Numbered from the stretch's first letter, positions 25,491 to 40,190 are shown. The stretch: DNA of 64,000 nucleotides from Eledone cirrhosa (GCA_964016885.1 OZ024742.1:215760001-215824000); one strand, 5' to 3'. A program made the numbers and translations. Notes: generated from the letters alone by a model not told the origin.

Positions 25491-26219
25491 TAGACACGCA
25501 GTGACTAAAAACAGAATGTGTTAAGTCTGCATGTCTTGTTGTTGACATATATGCGTAGCTTGTGAATAAAAAATTCAAGACGTTTCGCTGGCCGTGGTGA
25601 TCCCTGCCAAACCTCTTTTGTAATGTATCGTCTCATTGGCTAATTTCATCGTCTTATTGGCTAATCAACCAATGAGAGTAATTGTTGCTCAAAAGCATCC
25701 GCCACTTTGTTTGCACGTTTATTTATCGTTTCGCTTTCGAACCTTTCTCCTGTATTTCGTCTTCTATCATCAACATATTGTTCTTGTTTTGGTAATTACA
25801 TTGTTAATTTATATATGATGTTTTAAATTTATATTAACTATATTTTTCAGTTCATTATAACATGCTTATAATATTGGTTGTATCATATTTACTTGTATAT
25901 TTGTCCAGATTATTGTTCGTTTTATGTTAGATTATTTTATTATTATTATGTTAGACTATTTGTATGTAATATTTACTTTTTATTAATTCAACTATAACAA
26001 TTATTATGTAAAATATATTTATTTAATATTGATTGTATTTTGTAGTTGTTTATATTAAAAGTCTGAAAATGTGTTTATGCATCTTACAATAATATTTACA
26101 AGATCATTTATAAAATAACAATTATATAATCTAATTACATTACAACGATAATTTATTATTAATATATATCATGTTTAACTAGAGTTAATACAAGCGTTGC
26201 GTTAAAAAAATATTAAACT

Positions 26220-26661
26220 AGACCTGAAATATGCGCAAGCTCAAAAGAGCCACAGAATGTTATAATAAACCTTCAAAAGTGTGGGACTAGAGTTGTTGCT
26301 CAAAAATATTGTAATCATTATCTATCGTACACTCTGTGGCATCCTTTTCTAAAAAAGAGACTCATAACGAACTCAAAACGACACGATAATTATTTAAGTG
26401 AATTTATAATATAGCATTCGGTTTAAGTGCATTTCGTATTAATCATTACTAAACATCTAATATGAGATATTGAACATTAGCTTAAATAATTATCATCTCT
26501 TCTTGAGTTCGTTATGAGTCTCTTTTTTATAAAAAGGATGCCACAGAGTGTACGATAGATAAAGATTACAATATTTTTGAGCAACAACTCTAGTCCCACA
26601 CTTTTTTAAGGTTTATTATAACATTCTGTGGGTCTTTTGAGCTTGCGCATTTTTCAGGTCT
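26220..26661. repeat. About 440-bp fold-back palindrome (MITE-like)
   Basis: 26220-26398 is reverse-complementary to 26481-26661 with few mismatches. The centre is degenerate. Confidence 0.85.
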
Positions 26662-26884
26662 CGTATATATATATTTACCATATATATATGAATAATATTT
26701 GTAAACACTCTTTAGCTGCAGTACAGCAAATACTATTCGATTTGTTTGAGGCAATCGCAAAGCATTCAATGGATCGAAAGTTAACACCGTAGTTATAAAT
26801 ATGACACGAGGAAAACTGAACAAAGGCAGATACTATACATGCAACAGAATAACGATAAATACAAAAAAGGTTTCTCATACCTAC

Positions 26885-26958
<74 letters not shown>

Positions 26959-27168
26959 ATGTATTGTTTTATTGATATTTTTTATCTGATTGTCCCGAAT
27001 CTTCTATTATCGATTTTTTATCGTATGGTTGATTTTAGACTTGTTCTATGTGTGACGGTATTTTAACGATAGTTATAGCTCTGATTCATCTGAATTATTG
27101 AGCCCTCTGCCGCTCATTTCGAATCTTGTTTATCGTGAACTCGTGCGCCGATTTTTCGATACTCGATC

Positions 27169-27214
<46 letters not shown>

Positions 27215-27290
27215 TCCGGCCTCACACACGCTACATGTGCATAGAATACTATCATGATTTGTGGTCTACTCGGTCTCAGCACAGCAGACC

Positions 27291-27404
<114 letters not shown>

Positions 27405-27775
27405 ACACACATACACACACACACACACATACACACACATACATACACACATGTATGTATATATATATATATATACAGATGCGCACACGCACTCTCATGT
27501 ATTTCTCCATAAAACTGCTCTTTCATCACTTCTCGCCTATCTTTCTATTTCAGTATCATTCGATATTATTTGCCTTATTATTGTCTTCTTCTCCCTCCCT
27601 CTCCTTATTATGTACACACATAAACTAACGCACACTCACGCTAATGGTGTTCCCCTTCCCCACGTAAGGTGAGATTTATCAATTTCCATCTCACTCTCTC
27701 ATTCCCCCCCACACTCTATCATCATCCTCAACATCCTCATTATGATCATATTCTTTTTCTTATTCTCCTCCCAAT

Positions 27776-27879
27776 CTTTCTTCTTCTTCTTCTTCTTCTT
27801 CTTCTTCTTCTTCGTCTTCTTCTTCTTCTTCTTCTTCTTCTTCTTCTTCTTCTTCTTCTTCTTCTTCTTCTTCTTCTTC
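27776..27879. repeat. (CTT)n microsatellite
   Basis: Directly visible in the sequence. Confidence 0.95.
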
Positions 27880-29082
27880 ACTAGATTGACCTCTTGTTTC
27901 TGATTTCCACAATTTGCTATTAGTACTGTGTCCATCAGCCATCACCAAAGCCTACTAACGGACTATAACTGCTAATGAACAGATAAAAGAGCACATTTAT
28001 GGAGATTTCAATAGTGCTGTAAGTTCAATATAAAGAAATGACAAGATTACTAGCTTGGTTGATTTTAATGACGGTATGTAAGATACACTCTAACGAGGGG
28101 CGTGATGAATGTATAGACGTCTATTGCTAAGACCACTTGCTGAGGAATCATTTCTCCTAATACAAATGAAAAAGGCACTATGCAAATGAATGAACGTGCA
28201 CTTACATTTCATATTTTACATGAACAGATACGCGCGAAGCAAATACACGTACACATGCACAGACGCACAATTTCACATTCAAATATACTGTCATACAAAC
28301 ACAAATGCTCGCACGCAGCAAAACGCACTCATAAATTCAAACAGTCTTTCCCACCACACAGACACAATTTCTCAAATACATACACACAAACACCCCTCTG
28401 TTCCCATATGCACTATAAATGTGTACTTTTAAACTTATTCCTGCTACCAACATTTCCATTGCTCCCCTCTATTTATCTATTCATTTTATTTATCTATTCT
28501 TGAGGTGGTCCATTATGCTATTCGGCAAAGTGAAATTGATGTCATGTACTGTAAAGAAATATTATTTTTGTTGACATTCCGTAAATGTATATACCACCTG
28601 GTCAACAATATATACAAAATTGGTAGCTGCAATATAGTTCCAATTTGGTGGTGATACACCAAAAGTATAGTATTGATTTTGGATGAATATGTGGTCATGT
28701 ATGAATCACATATTTTGGGATTTGCTTCCGAAAAGGCTTTAATGACCATTTCTGAAATAAAAGGTGCAACCCTTATATATTTGCTCTTCAAAGCTGATAT
28801 TACAATTCCAGAGTAATTCTTATTCTAATAAATATGTTTAATGTTGATGATCTCTTGAAACACCAGCTATGGCTTTCTAGCAATGTTTTAGGTCCTGGAA
28901 TGAGGTCAATACTTTAGTTGAAGAACAGCAGTTGCAAAGAATATGATGGAAGGAATATGTGACATAATGAAATCATTCGTGGCTTAGCGTATCTAAACTA
29001 TAATAAAGTAAGGAATGCGGGACTCCGTACGGTTTATAATTTGTTATCCCATTAGTAAAATATGTTGGATTACTTTAAATAA

Positions 29083-29262
29083 ATAATTGTTTCTAATTTA
29101 GGCACAAGGCCAGCAATTACCCAGTGCATTACTGGTACTTTATTTTATCGACACCGTAAGGATGAAAGGCAAAGTCAACCTCGGCGGGATTTGAACTCAG
29201 ATCGTAAGGGGACCTAACTATGCTGGAAAGCATGGCGTCCGACTCTCTACCGATACTGCCAA
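29083..29262 (-). mobile_element. tRNA-derived SINE
   Basis: Reverse complement of the 6782-6970 family. TSD-like AATAAATAAT / AATGAATAAT. Confidence 0.9.
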
Positions 29263-31144
29263 ATGAATGAATATTACATAATTTATGTAATAAATTTCGT
29301 AGTGGTTGATTAAATATATTTTATTGTTTATTTAGCGATTCACTTCTTCAAAATTTGCAAATGTCATTTCCGGTTAGCGATCGCTTAAATAAACATTAAT
29401 ATATTTCCGTCACTAATTTTCTCCTAATGCAGTTTATATATAACTTCTTTTTTTAAATGTATCATGAATTGCGTTACTGATTACATAAGACAGTGTAACG
29501 CAGTCTTCGTTCAATTTCTGTGTATATTGTTAATTACGATTTTATTTCATGTATCATATCTACATGCATGTATACTTGCGTATAATATCAATATTCACAT
29601 AACACAAGCTAGCAGAACACCATCTGGGGGATGGTTTTTCTGCTAGTAAAATGTAATAATGTTAAGCCTTAGACCGCACAGAACTTATATTAGGTTTAAT
29701 GCTACTAATTTCTATTACCACTCTTTCCTATAGTACAATATCATAACGAATGTAGGCTTGCATTAAGTTAGAAAAATTAAGTTGCGGGTGTGATTTAAAT
29801 TCAGGGCAGTGTTAGACTGAATGAGCATGCAGTATTGCAAGTACCAGATTATCTAATACATGAAAAACACATAAAAATATGTTGCCTCAATGGATTAAAT
29901 AAACGTATCAGTTCGAATTTCAAGGAAAGGTGACGAATACGACAGATGGGCTAAGAGTAGAATAGCCAAAACTCTGTCACTAAAAATTAAATTGAAGACA
30001 CAAGTTTGAATACATGAGTGTTAATAAGGATAATACTTCTTCTAAGAATGTAAAGGATAATTACTTTTCAGGAATCAAACGTCTAATTATTGTCAAACGT
30101 TATAAAGTCACTAAAATCCACAAAGAGAAAATCATTAAAATTCATTTAGTATCACAAGTTCTCATGAACCTTGGAATATATTAATTCAAATATTTCGAAG
30201 TGTTTCATAGCTTGTTTGGGACGTAACATGTTTAATCATGTAGTAGCACTTTTGGGAATATAGTTTCTCACAATTTTAACAAATTTTCCAATATTAAATT
30301 TCTTCTAAATTGCTTTGAGGAAGCTGATTCTTCATATGTGATTCTGGCTAATGTCCGTTTAGAATATTTACTTGTGATGTAGGTTAGTCTCATACGGATC
30401 ATGTTTCAGAAATATTTCACATTAATGAAATGCGAAGAACTTTTGTAGTGATTCTTTCAATTAAATATGTGCGAATCATTCTATACGATATCTATACACC
30501 TGCCAATAGCAAACTTAGCGTCAATACACGTATTCGGTACTGATTTTCTTTCACAGAATCTCATGTAATACATCGTTTGCATTCTCGTGTTTTAATTTTC
30601 ACTAGAAATGAATGTGTAGTTAAGAATTTCGCTTACGGAATATACATATTTGGGTTCGAAAACAAGTGTCGTGTGTCATAACCTTAAATAATCTTTTGTA
30701 TACTACACAGAATCACCGGAATCTATCATATGAGACGGTTCTATATTTTAAGTTATAGACATGAATCATCAGCAGGTGTAACATTACCAGTGGGGTTTGT
30801 GTGCCTAGAGTGTAGATGAATTTCATGTTATTATTCTGGCCAAATCTCCATTCTGAGGATAACTTCTGTCCTTTCTACGCCAGGTTTGAGAGGACTTGAA
30901 AGTGGTCATTGGAACTACCTATTTCTTCCGATTAAGACAGGATAAAATATACTAGACGGACCAGATATTAAATATCAGTATGACATTTTAAATGTTATAT
31001 ATATATATATATAAACACACACTGTCATATACACAGCCACTTTAATATGAAACACAACATTGAAACATTTTTTTCCCTCCTACAATTATTTTGTGACTCT
31101 CTCAAAAAAGGATTTCTCTCTCTCATTAAAACATTATACCTTCC

Positions 31145-31251
31145 GTTCAAATCCCGCCGAGGTTAACTTTGCCTTTCATCCGTCGATAAAATAAAGTACC
31201 AGTAATACACTGGGTAATTGCTGGCCTTGTGCCTAACGTAGAAACAATTAT
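31145..31251 (+). mobile_element. 5'-truncated SINE
   Basis: GTTCAAATCCCGCCGAGG...GAAACAATTAT, with TSD-like ATTATACCTTC / ATTATCCCTTT. Confidence 0.85.
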
Positions 31252-31259
31252 CCCTTTCT

Positions 31260-32895
31260 GAAACCCTCTACATACCATTACATGACTCACTCTCCCAAAC
31301 TGGAATAACATAAACCTCTCTCACTAAACCACCAAACTCTCTCCCCTTCTCTATATCTGACTACATACCTCACACTCTCACTCCCCCAATTCCCCCTCTG
31401 TCAGTAAAATTTCTCTTCTTCTCTATATACGACATCATAACTCACTCTCTTCTGTCATTCTCACAATTCCACCTCTCTCACAAAACACCAAACTCTGCCG
31501 CCCCCTCTGTATATGTCACTCTTACTGTTTCCCCTCCCACACTATATCACCCAAAACTCTCCCCCTCTCTATATTTCACTACATAACTCTCTGAATTTCA
31601 CTCTCTTAATGTCAACTCTCTCACTAGCCCACCAAACTCTCTGCCCCTCTATATATCCCACTACATACGTCACACTCTCTCACAATTCCCCTGTCTCACT
31701 AGCCCCTCAAACTCTCTACCCCTCTCTATATTCCGCTAGATAACTCTCTCTATCTATTACGCCCTTAATTCCTCCTCTCACTAGAACACCGAAATGTCTC
31801 CCCTCTCTATATTATACTACATAACACACTGTCTTCCACGCACTTAACCCCCCATTCTCTCTCTAAACCAACAACTTTACTCATGCTCTCTATATCCCAG
31901 TATATACCTCATTCAATCTCACAATTCCCTCGCTCTTACTAGACCACCAATTTCTCTCACCCTCTTTATATACCACCACATACCTCACACGCCCTCAAAA
32001 TGCCCCTCTCTCACTAAATCAAGAAACTCTCTCCCTCTCTCTATATTCCACTACATACCTCACTCTATTTCATTCTCTTAATTCCCCCTTTCACTAAACC
32101 AACAAATACTCCCCTACTCTCTATATCCCAATATATACGAGACTCTCGCCCACAATTTCCCCTCTCTCACTAACCCAACAAATTCTGCCCACCTCTCTAA
32201 CTTACACTATATACATCACTTACTCTCACTAGGCCAATACACTCTCTCCCCTCTCTATAACCCCTTTTGTACCACACTTTCTCACTCTCTCTCTCTAGAC
32301 CACCAAATTCTCTCCCCCTCTCTACATTCCACTACATATCTCACTCCCTTTCACTCTTTTAATTTACCCGTCTCACTAAACCAACACATTTACTCCCTTT
32401 CTCTATATCCCATTACAAACTTCACTCTCTCTCACAATTCCACCTCTCTCACTAGACCAACAAATTATGTCCCCCTCTCTATATTCCAGTACATACTACA
32501 TTCTCTCTCACTTTCACAATCCCTCCTCTCTCACTAAATGAACAAATTATCTACCTATCACTTTATACGTTTACATACATCATTCTCTCCCAATCACCCC
32601 TCTCTCACTAGACCCCTGTCAATCTCCCCATCTCTATATACTACTATATACCTCACTCTCTCTCACAATTTCCCATCTCTCACTAGACCACCAAATACTC
32701 TCCCCTTCATTATATCCACTACATTCCTCACTTTCTTTCACTCTCTCACTAGGTCACCAAATTCTCTCACTTGCACAATACCTTCTCACTAAACCAACAA
32801 ATGCTCTCCCACTCTTTATATCCTACTACATACCTCACAATTACCCCTCTAATATTCGACCAAATTATCTCTCCCTCTCTATATCCCACTTCAAT
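31260..32895. repeat. Degenerate pyrimidine-rich minisatellite, unit about 70-85 bp
   Basis: Recurrent unit resembling CTCTCTCACTAGACCACCAAACTCTCTCCCCTCTCTATATCCCACTACATACCTCACACTCTCTCACAATTCCC, about 20 copies. Confidence 0.85.
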
Positions 32896-33220
32896 ATTTT
32901 TTACTTTGAAACTAGAAATGTTTACATCTGTAAAAACAACAAAGTTCTCCATCACCTCCCCTAACCTTTGAACCCCATGGGTGTGGGGAGATCTTTCTTT
33001 TTTTCAGTGGTGTACGATTGTTGAATTATTTGACAGTTTTAAGTATGTGGTGGTGGAAGTTGGTTGTATTGTTGTGGTGTTAGTGTTTGTGAGAGGGTAG
33101 TGGTGTTAATGTGATATCTCGCAAAACCTGAAAAAATTAATCTGTGTTCGGAAATGGTGTACGTGTATGTGTATATTTTCTCTTATTATGATTGTTATTG
33201 TTATATCGCGTCTATCTATG

Positions 33221-33265
<45 letters not shown>

Positions 33266-33311
33266 TAAAGAAAACGAAAAATCGTTAAAGCATCTGGAAT
33301 TATTTTATTGC

Positions 33312-33400
33312 ATGTTACAATTGTTTTGCCGGCAGGTAGCTCGAGACATTGTCCTTGTATGGATCTGGCTGATTCTACTTCTGCGGTTTCTTTCAGACAC
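33312..33400 (-). ncRNA. Degenerate hammerhead motif
   Basis: GTGT-CTGAAAGA-...CCGCAG...CTGCCGGC-AAAA-CAATTGT-A-ACAT. G12 is lost and the core has an extra A. Confidence 0.45.
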
Positions 33401-33936
33401 GGGTGTTTCGTCTGGAGCAAATTTTATCACTGGGCTGTTATCTTAAAAAACACCCTAAAAAATCCCTACTTCCACTCTTGTCATGCCATTGGCTGTTTTT
33501 ACTCCACCTCATCACAAGTTCTGGTCAGTATCTGCTGCCACACGTGTCATCAGCCATTTTCCGTCCGACACATTTCGATGGAGTCATGCTGGGTTCAGTA
33601 TTTCCCACGTCTGTTCACACTTCAGAGTAAGCACCCACACATACTAATATACACACATAAACACACACAGATGCAGACACATACATATTTATGCATACAC
33701 ACACGTACGCCTACATGCGCAAACACCCCCACCCCCACATACATACATAAAAGTATATATACACACACACCCTCTCCCTCACTTCCACGGACCCAGTCAC
33801 ACCCACTTGTAGATACACATCGCCACAAGCCTTCTGACGGCGGCTTACTTCGTGCCCTGTATCAGATGGGATAATCATGGCCTACTCAAACATACACATA
33901 TATATATACATACGCGCGCACACATACATACGCCCA

Positions 33937-34063
<127 letters not shown>

Positions 34064-34226
34064 TCACACACACACACATATATACATACACACATATACA
34101 CACATGTGTATACACAAATATAAACACACATATATACATACACACACATATATATATATACTCATTCATGCCGAATCATACATACAAATACACATAGGTA
34201 CACAAACATTACATACAGACGTACAT

Positions 34227-34264
<38 letters not shown>

Positions 34265-34500
34265 ACAAAAAAACGACAATTTAACATGTATACGCACATC
34301 CATATATATATACATACATATACCTACGCATATGCCGATATACATAAATCTACACATCCATACGCACCTAGTGTTGCCACATGCATACACCTGCACCTAT
34401 GCATATCTGCCTACACACACATATGCTTCCACATATACATATACATATATAAACAAAACCGTAAATTAAAAGTAAAAAATACATTATGCAATAAAATCAA

Positions 34501-34551
<51 letters not shown>

Positions 34552-34697
34552 ATACTTTGGGAGGGTCATGTTGCCAATAAGAAACACACGCACCAGCCGC
34601 TTTCACTTCAATTTATTATAAATTAAATTTATTAAGAATTTATAAATTTCCGGTTGGTTGGCTGGTTGGTTGCACCACTAGACGATTGTTCATATAT

Positions 34698-34742
34698 TGT
34701 CAAAGTTCTTTCGTCACACATTATGTGACCTCTTCAGTGACT
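34698..34742 (-). ncRNA. Hammerhead ribozyme (family A)
   Basis: AGTCA-CTGAAGA-gGTCACAtaatgTGTGAC-GAAA-GaaCT-T-TGACA. Confidence 0.7.
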
Positions 34743-35280
34743 GGGGATTCTTTTCTTTGTTTTTGTGCCTCTCCTTTGTTCTGTCCTACGCCATCTTGTT
34801 TTTGTGTGTGTTGTGTGCTTAGTTTGCGCATGTGTTACATCTGGGTGTCTGTGTGTGTTTATATTTTTTTATTTATTTGTTTATTTACATGTTACTGGTT
34901 GGTTGTTTGTTCTATGTGTGTGTGTGTGTTTCATTTTGTCCTTAATTGTAAGTTGTGATGTTGCTATTCCATTCATGCTTTCTATTTAATTTTGGTTGGA
35001 GTTCATTTATATTTATTGCCTCTGCGTCTTTTCTGTGTGTAGATTCTATTTTTTATATCTATGTTCTCTAATTTACCCTTATGTTCTATTTTAGCATGTT
35101 GGTAGAGTACAGATGATTCTTTACTATCTTGAAGCTCTCGCCAGTGTTCATGTAAATAAACAAATAAATAAACAAATATAAACTCACACAGACACCCGGA
35201 TGTAACACATGCGCAAACTAAGCACACAACACACTCACAAAAACAAGATGGCGTAGGACAGAACAAAGAAAAGAATCCCC

Positions 35281-35325
35281 AGTCACTGAAGAAGTGACAG
35301 AATGTGTGACGAAAGAACTTTGACA
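35281..35325 (+). ncRNA. Hammerhead ribozyme (family A)
   Basis: AGTCA-CTGAAGA-aGTgACAgaatgTGTGAC-GAAA-GaaCT-T-TGACA, with one mismatch in stem II. Confidence 0.65.
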
Positions 35326-35549
35326 ATATATGAACAATCGTCTGGTTGTGGAACCAGCCAACCAACCGGAAATTTATAAATTCTTAAATTTATAAATTTA
35401 TAAGAAATTGAAGTGAAAGCAACTGGTGGTGTGTTTCTTATTGGCAACCTGACCCTCCCAAAGTATAACAATATCGGTTTCAACACAGGTTTTCAGATAA
35501 AGAATCTTGCTAAACAAATTCAGAAACGAAATATATATATATATATATA

Positions 35550-35602
<53 letters not shown>

Positions 35603-35849
35603 AAACATTGTGAAATGGGAATACACATGGATAATAAAACAACTTTCACGTAAAGCAGAACACGGATTCCCGAGATACAGGGTTTTTCTGGGTACCTTCA
35701 TAAAGAAGGATGCAGAGAAAGTGATAGACGTTGTGAGAGAGTAGATTGAAATAGAGACATATGTAGAAGTTATATTTAATTTGTTGGGATACAACGAGCA
35801 AATATTTTTATAACTGATATAAAGCACTCAACAAATTTTTGGAGTAAAA

Positions 35850-36346
<497 letters not shown>

Positions 36347-37479
36347 GACACACTAAGTTGCTCGCGACGTCGTTGTTGTAATTATATAAACTAAGAATAA
36401 TTTACAGATATTTCGATTTTATTATTCAATTGATATTGCCTGTTCAGTAAACAAACTTAGGAAAAAGTTGAGATAGTTCACCACCACGTACTCCGATATA
36501 TGAATTTACACATACATTCTTGTAATAACAGTATTTTCGATCTCCATCCTTAGTAAGACTATTTTGAAACGTATTTTCATAGATTGTAAATAGCCGACAA
36601 ATAATATTTGTAGACAATTTTTTTCTAAACTTTATAGAGTTCTCAGTCAACATGTTATTGATCTTCTCAGAAAATGTAACCATGCAGTATCTAGCATCTA
36701 GTTTTCATAGTATTTGAGCAAACAGTCAATTGGAAAATATTGGTCTTAAGCAACATTTAAAATGATTCTGATCTCACGTTTCATTTGAGAAATATCAATC
36801 AGTTTGTAGATGTACTATTGTGGTATCTGATGTTGTTCTTATTGTTATTTCATTTTTAATATCCTGTATTAAAGAACATCCTATGAGCTTTGTTATGATC
36901 AGAAGCGCCACTATGTTCCTGAGATGTGTGCAGCATAAACACTTGTCAGTGGGGGATGATGTTTGTATGGACATCTGATTCAACTTGTTGAATTTATGTG
37001 TGGATTATTGATGGTGGTTTTGTGAATGTTGCTGTGTCGCTTGTGTTATTCACTTGGATAATGATTGTGTAGAGTATGTGTTGTGCTTGTTTTAATTAGA
37101 ATGTGTGCCGTGTAAGTTGTACAGAACTTCGCCGCCCTGACCTGTACTATAGAGCTTTTAGTAAAACTAGATTCTCCCCAGCAAGAATATGTTTCACGAT
37201 TGTATGTAATGTATTATGACCCGATGTTGCTATGTTATTTTATTCATTATATTTATTTTATACAGTGCTTTGAGACTTAGTGCTCAAATTTTAATGGATT
37301 CTCTAATATATGTTCATTTCTTATGTCCCGCTAACTTATATTAAAAGATGTTTCCATTTTAAGCTTCGAAATACCTTTCGTTAATTGTTTTAGTGAGAAT
37401 GTAACATTAAGTTACACACACTGGCTTTACAATGACTGGACAACAAGGAATGATGTATTCGATTTTATCTTCGTGCTAA

Positions 37480-39150
37480 ATACATAGTCTGTTGTTTGCT
37501 TCTCTTTTATTATTTTGTTGTTTTTGTTGTATTTTTTTTTTTTTCGCAACTTGGCAATGATCTTTTCCTGCTAAAAGACCTTCCGTTTCTGCTTCTAGAC
37601 CAGAGCGTATGAGCTATTGTTGGCAGATACGTTGACTTATTTCCTCCTTGTCGTGTCTGCGAAGATATTTGTAATAGAGCAGTTTCTCTTTCATTTTTTT
37701 CTGGGGTATATTGTGGAATTCCACTATTAATGTAATCTTTTGTTTTGTTTTCTTTAACCTTTTCTCCAACTTCATTTTTGTCCAAACCTTTTTTTTTTTG
37801 TTCAATGTAATTAGTTTCCGAATTTTGTTTTGTCGTTTACCTATATTTAGAAATAAGCTATTTTGTTAATGTTTTCCTATTGCACTATCCAATTTCCCCT
37901 TAATTGCAAGTATTTTTCTAAACGATTGGGGTTACGTTGAAATAATTCTTCATTTATCTCACACTAATCTTCCATTTATGGGCGTCAGGCGTATCTTATT
38001 TATATCGATGGGTTTGGAAGAAAGTAATACGTTTCCCTGTTTTTCCATTTAGTTTCTACAGTTCATTGAACTTCCTATTTCTTATTTTGAAGCCGTAGAC
38101 TATGATTACGATGGATAGTGTATTTATATCTACAAATATATTTCTGGAATTGAGTTCTGTTTTTTAATACTAATCTTTTGTAGTCCTCCTTTCTAATGTT
38201 CTCCCTTTATATATGTTGCATTGTATAATTTCATGTTTGTACGAGTGGTTCTGTACTATTTATTTCATTCGTAATAGTCTGTATCTAAATTAATATTCTT
38301 GGTTTTGATAAATTTACCCCTTAGACTATCTTTGGCTCATTTTTCTAAACCAATATTAATTTAGGCAACCTTTATTAAGTTTACATAATCATTTACTGCT
38401 AGGAAAGTGTTAATTCATCCAGACATGAGATGCTATATAATTTTACATTAGCAATCGTAACACTAAAAGATTTTGTCCAGATTTGTCAATGGAGTCAGAT
38501 CAGACTAGAAAACTAGATGGCAAAACTGCTCTGTGTGAAAAGTCCATTCTTTTCTTTATCAGGTTGCCCTGCAATTATAGGATTGTTATCGCTTTTGACA
38601 TTGCATGTTAGATATACTGTGTTAATTTTTGAACAGTTTATTTGCAGTGTCTCCGATACACAAATGTGGAAATATACTTTCAAACGTTTATCGATAATCA
38701 ATGCATGTCATGATATGTGACTGTTTGTTTTCTTCTCTACTTAATACCTTCAATAATTACAGCATGTACCTTGGCGTTCGTGCTATATCCATGTCTGACT
38801 TATCTATTATACCCTTTACAAATCAGTATTATTTTCCAATATAGCTTTATAGATTATAGCAGTAAGGGTTTCATATGGTGTTATCTAACAGGTTGAAACC
38901 CGTAATGTTTCGTGTCTGTTTTGTCCAGTAACTATTCGGGTGTTTATGGTAGTGTTTAATGAATCAAATGATTTTTTTTTCTGCTGGAGATTAATGAATT
39001 CTGGTTAGATATTTGAGTCATTAATATCTTTGTCAATTACTGCATATTACCTGTTGCGTAGTGTGTTTATCGTGTTGCAGATTTGATAGTAAATCATACT
39101 AAGCAATGCTTGTAGTACTACTACTGAAGGTTGCGTCTCTTTTCATTCAT
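37480..39150 (-). mobile_element. Degraded Dong/R4-clade non-LTR retrotransposon
   Basis: Minus-strand remnants ENIRKEDYKR..KTELNSRNIFVDINTL (cf. ILKTELNS.NK..AIN) and LIRSGLEAETEGLLA (cf. WL..G.L..ETEG..A.QDQ). Many stops and frameshifts. Confidence 0.7.
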
Positions 39151-39243
39151 TCTCTTTTACATTGGATTAAGAATTTTTGGTCCAAAGCGTCTCACACGCC
39201 TTAACTTCCGTTAATTATAGTGTGAAACAATTTTTTTCTCAAC

Positions 39244-39353
<110 letters not shown>

Positions 39354-39478
39354 ATATCTATCTCTTGGTTTTCCGAGAGTTAGCCACCTGACTGGACTTG
39401 TTATTTTTCTATAAAAATATTTTTTTACAATTAATTTCGTCCCGCCTGTCCCTTCAATCTTTGTAATTTCTCGTTCAT

Positions 39479-39514
39479 TCTTCCGGTGAAGGACTAGCGT
39501 CCGAAAGCTTAAGA
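39479..39514 (+). ncRNA. Degenerate minimal hammerhead in a solo pLTR (about 39360-39615)
   Basis: TCTT-CCGGTGA-aGGACtagcGTCC-GAAA-GCT-T-AAGA. Stems are perfect, but the core has U4C and A6G. Confidence 0.55.
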
Positions 39515-39610
39515 CGCGCTTCCTGTTATTTCAAGTGTTAACCTAATATATTCCTTCCATCTACTGTACTGATTGTGTAGTTATTTCTGTTTACCTTTTA
39601 CATACACCAC

Positions 39611-39666
<56 letters not shown>

Positions 39667-39687
39667 TGTAGACATTTATTAAAATAA

Positions 39688-40000
39688 GATTTATGTGGCT
39701 CGCAGATCCGGAGTCCAAACCTCAGGTTAAAGCCGATGCGCACGCTATTATTATCCAGCTGCGTGCCAGTGGAGAAGGATGGCAAGGTATGGAGCGAGAC
39801 ACCATTGTGGAGTTTGGAGGCCCCGCGAAAAGAGGCAAGGTGGTGCTGGTCGAGCTGGCGCATCAGCCTGTCTAAGGCCAGGCTGCACTGGCTGGCATCC
39901 TATACGCTGTGGGGGGACTTGGCGTCAGCAGGGGGAGAAGGAGGAAGAACGTCTACCGGGCTAAATCCCAGCCTGTCCCATGTCTCACAGGCGACCTCAC
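39688..40000 (-). mobile_element. CRE-clade-like non-LTR retrotransposon fragment
   Basis: HHLASFRGASKLHNGVSLHTLPSFSTGTQLDNNSVRIGFNLRFGLRICEPH resembles the SGAWL.ALP...LG..LD....RIA..LRLG...C.PH segment that precedes the zinc knuckle and RLE. Confidence 0.7.
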
Positions 40001-40190
40001 GTTCTCAAAACGTGGTTTTGTCTTTGCGTGTATTTGTTCTTGTCGCTCCTCATAATGACGTTTTATCTTCGCTTTTTTTCCATTCATTGCCAGGAAACGT
40101 CTTCACAAACCAAAGTATCGTCTTCCTGTTTCCCTTCGGCTACAACGTGTTTCGAAATATTTACTTCTGCGTTCACAGATTGATTTTTTT

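Larger units (their letters stand above)
34546..35531. mobile_element. Second fold-back copy of PLE family A
   Basis: The inverted arm 34546-35150 carries the pLTR plus the endonuclease C-terminus (EHWRELQDSKESSVLYQHAKIEHKG). It is fused to a direct pLTR at 35149-35531. Flanked by (TA)n. Confidence 0.9.

Noticed and set aside
27669-27948. Poly-Leu, poly-Lys and poly-Glu ORFs
   Set aside because: They arise from the (CTT)n microsatellite.
33308-33874. 188-aa plus-strand ORF
   Set aside because: It spans a pLTR-like fragment and CA-rich low-complexity sequence, with no recognisable domain.
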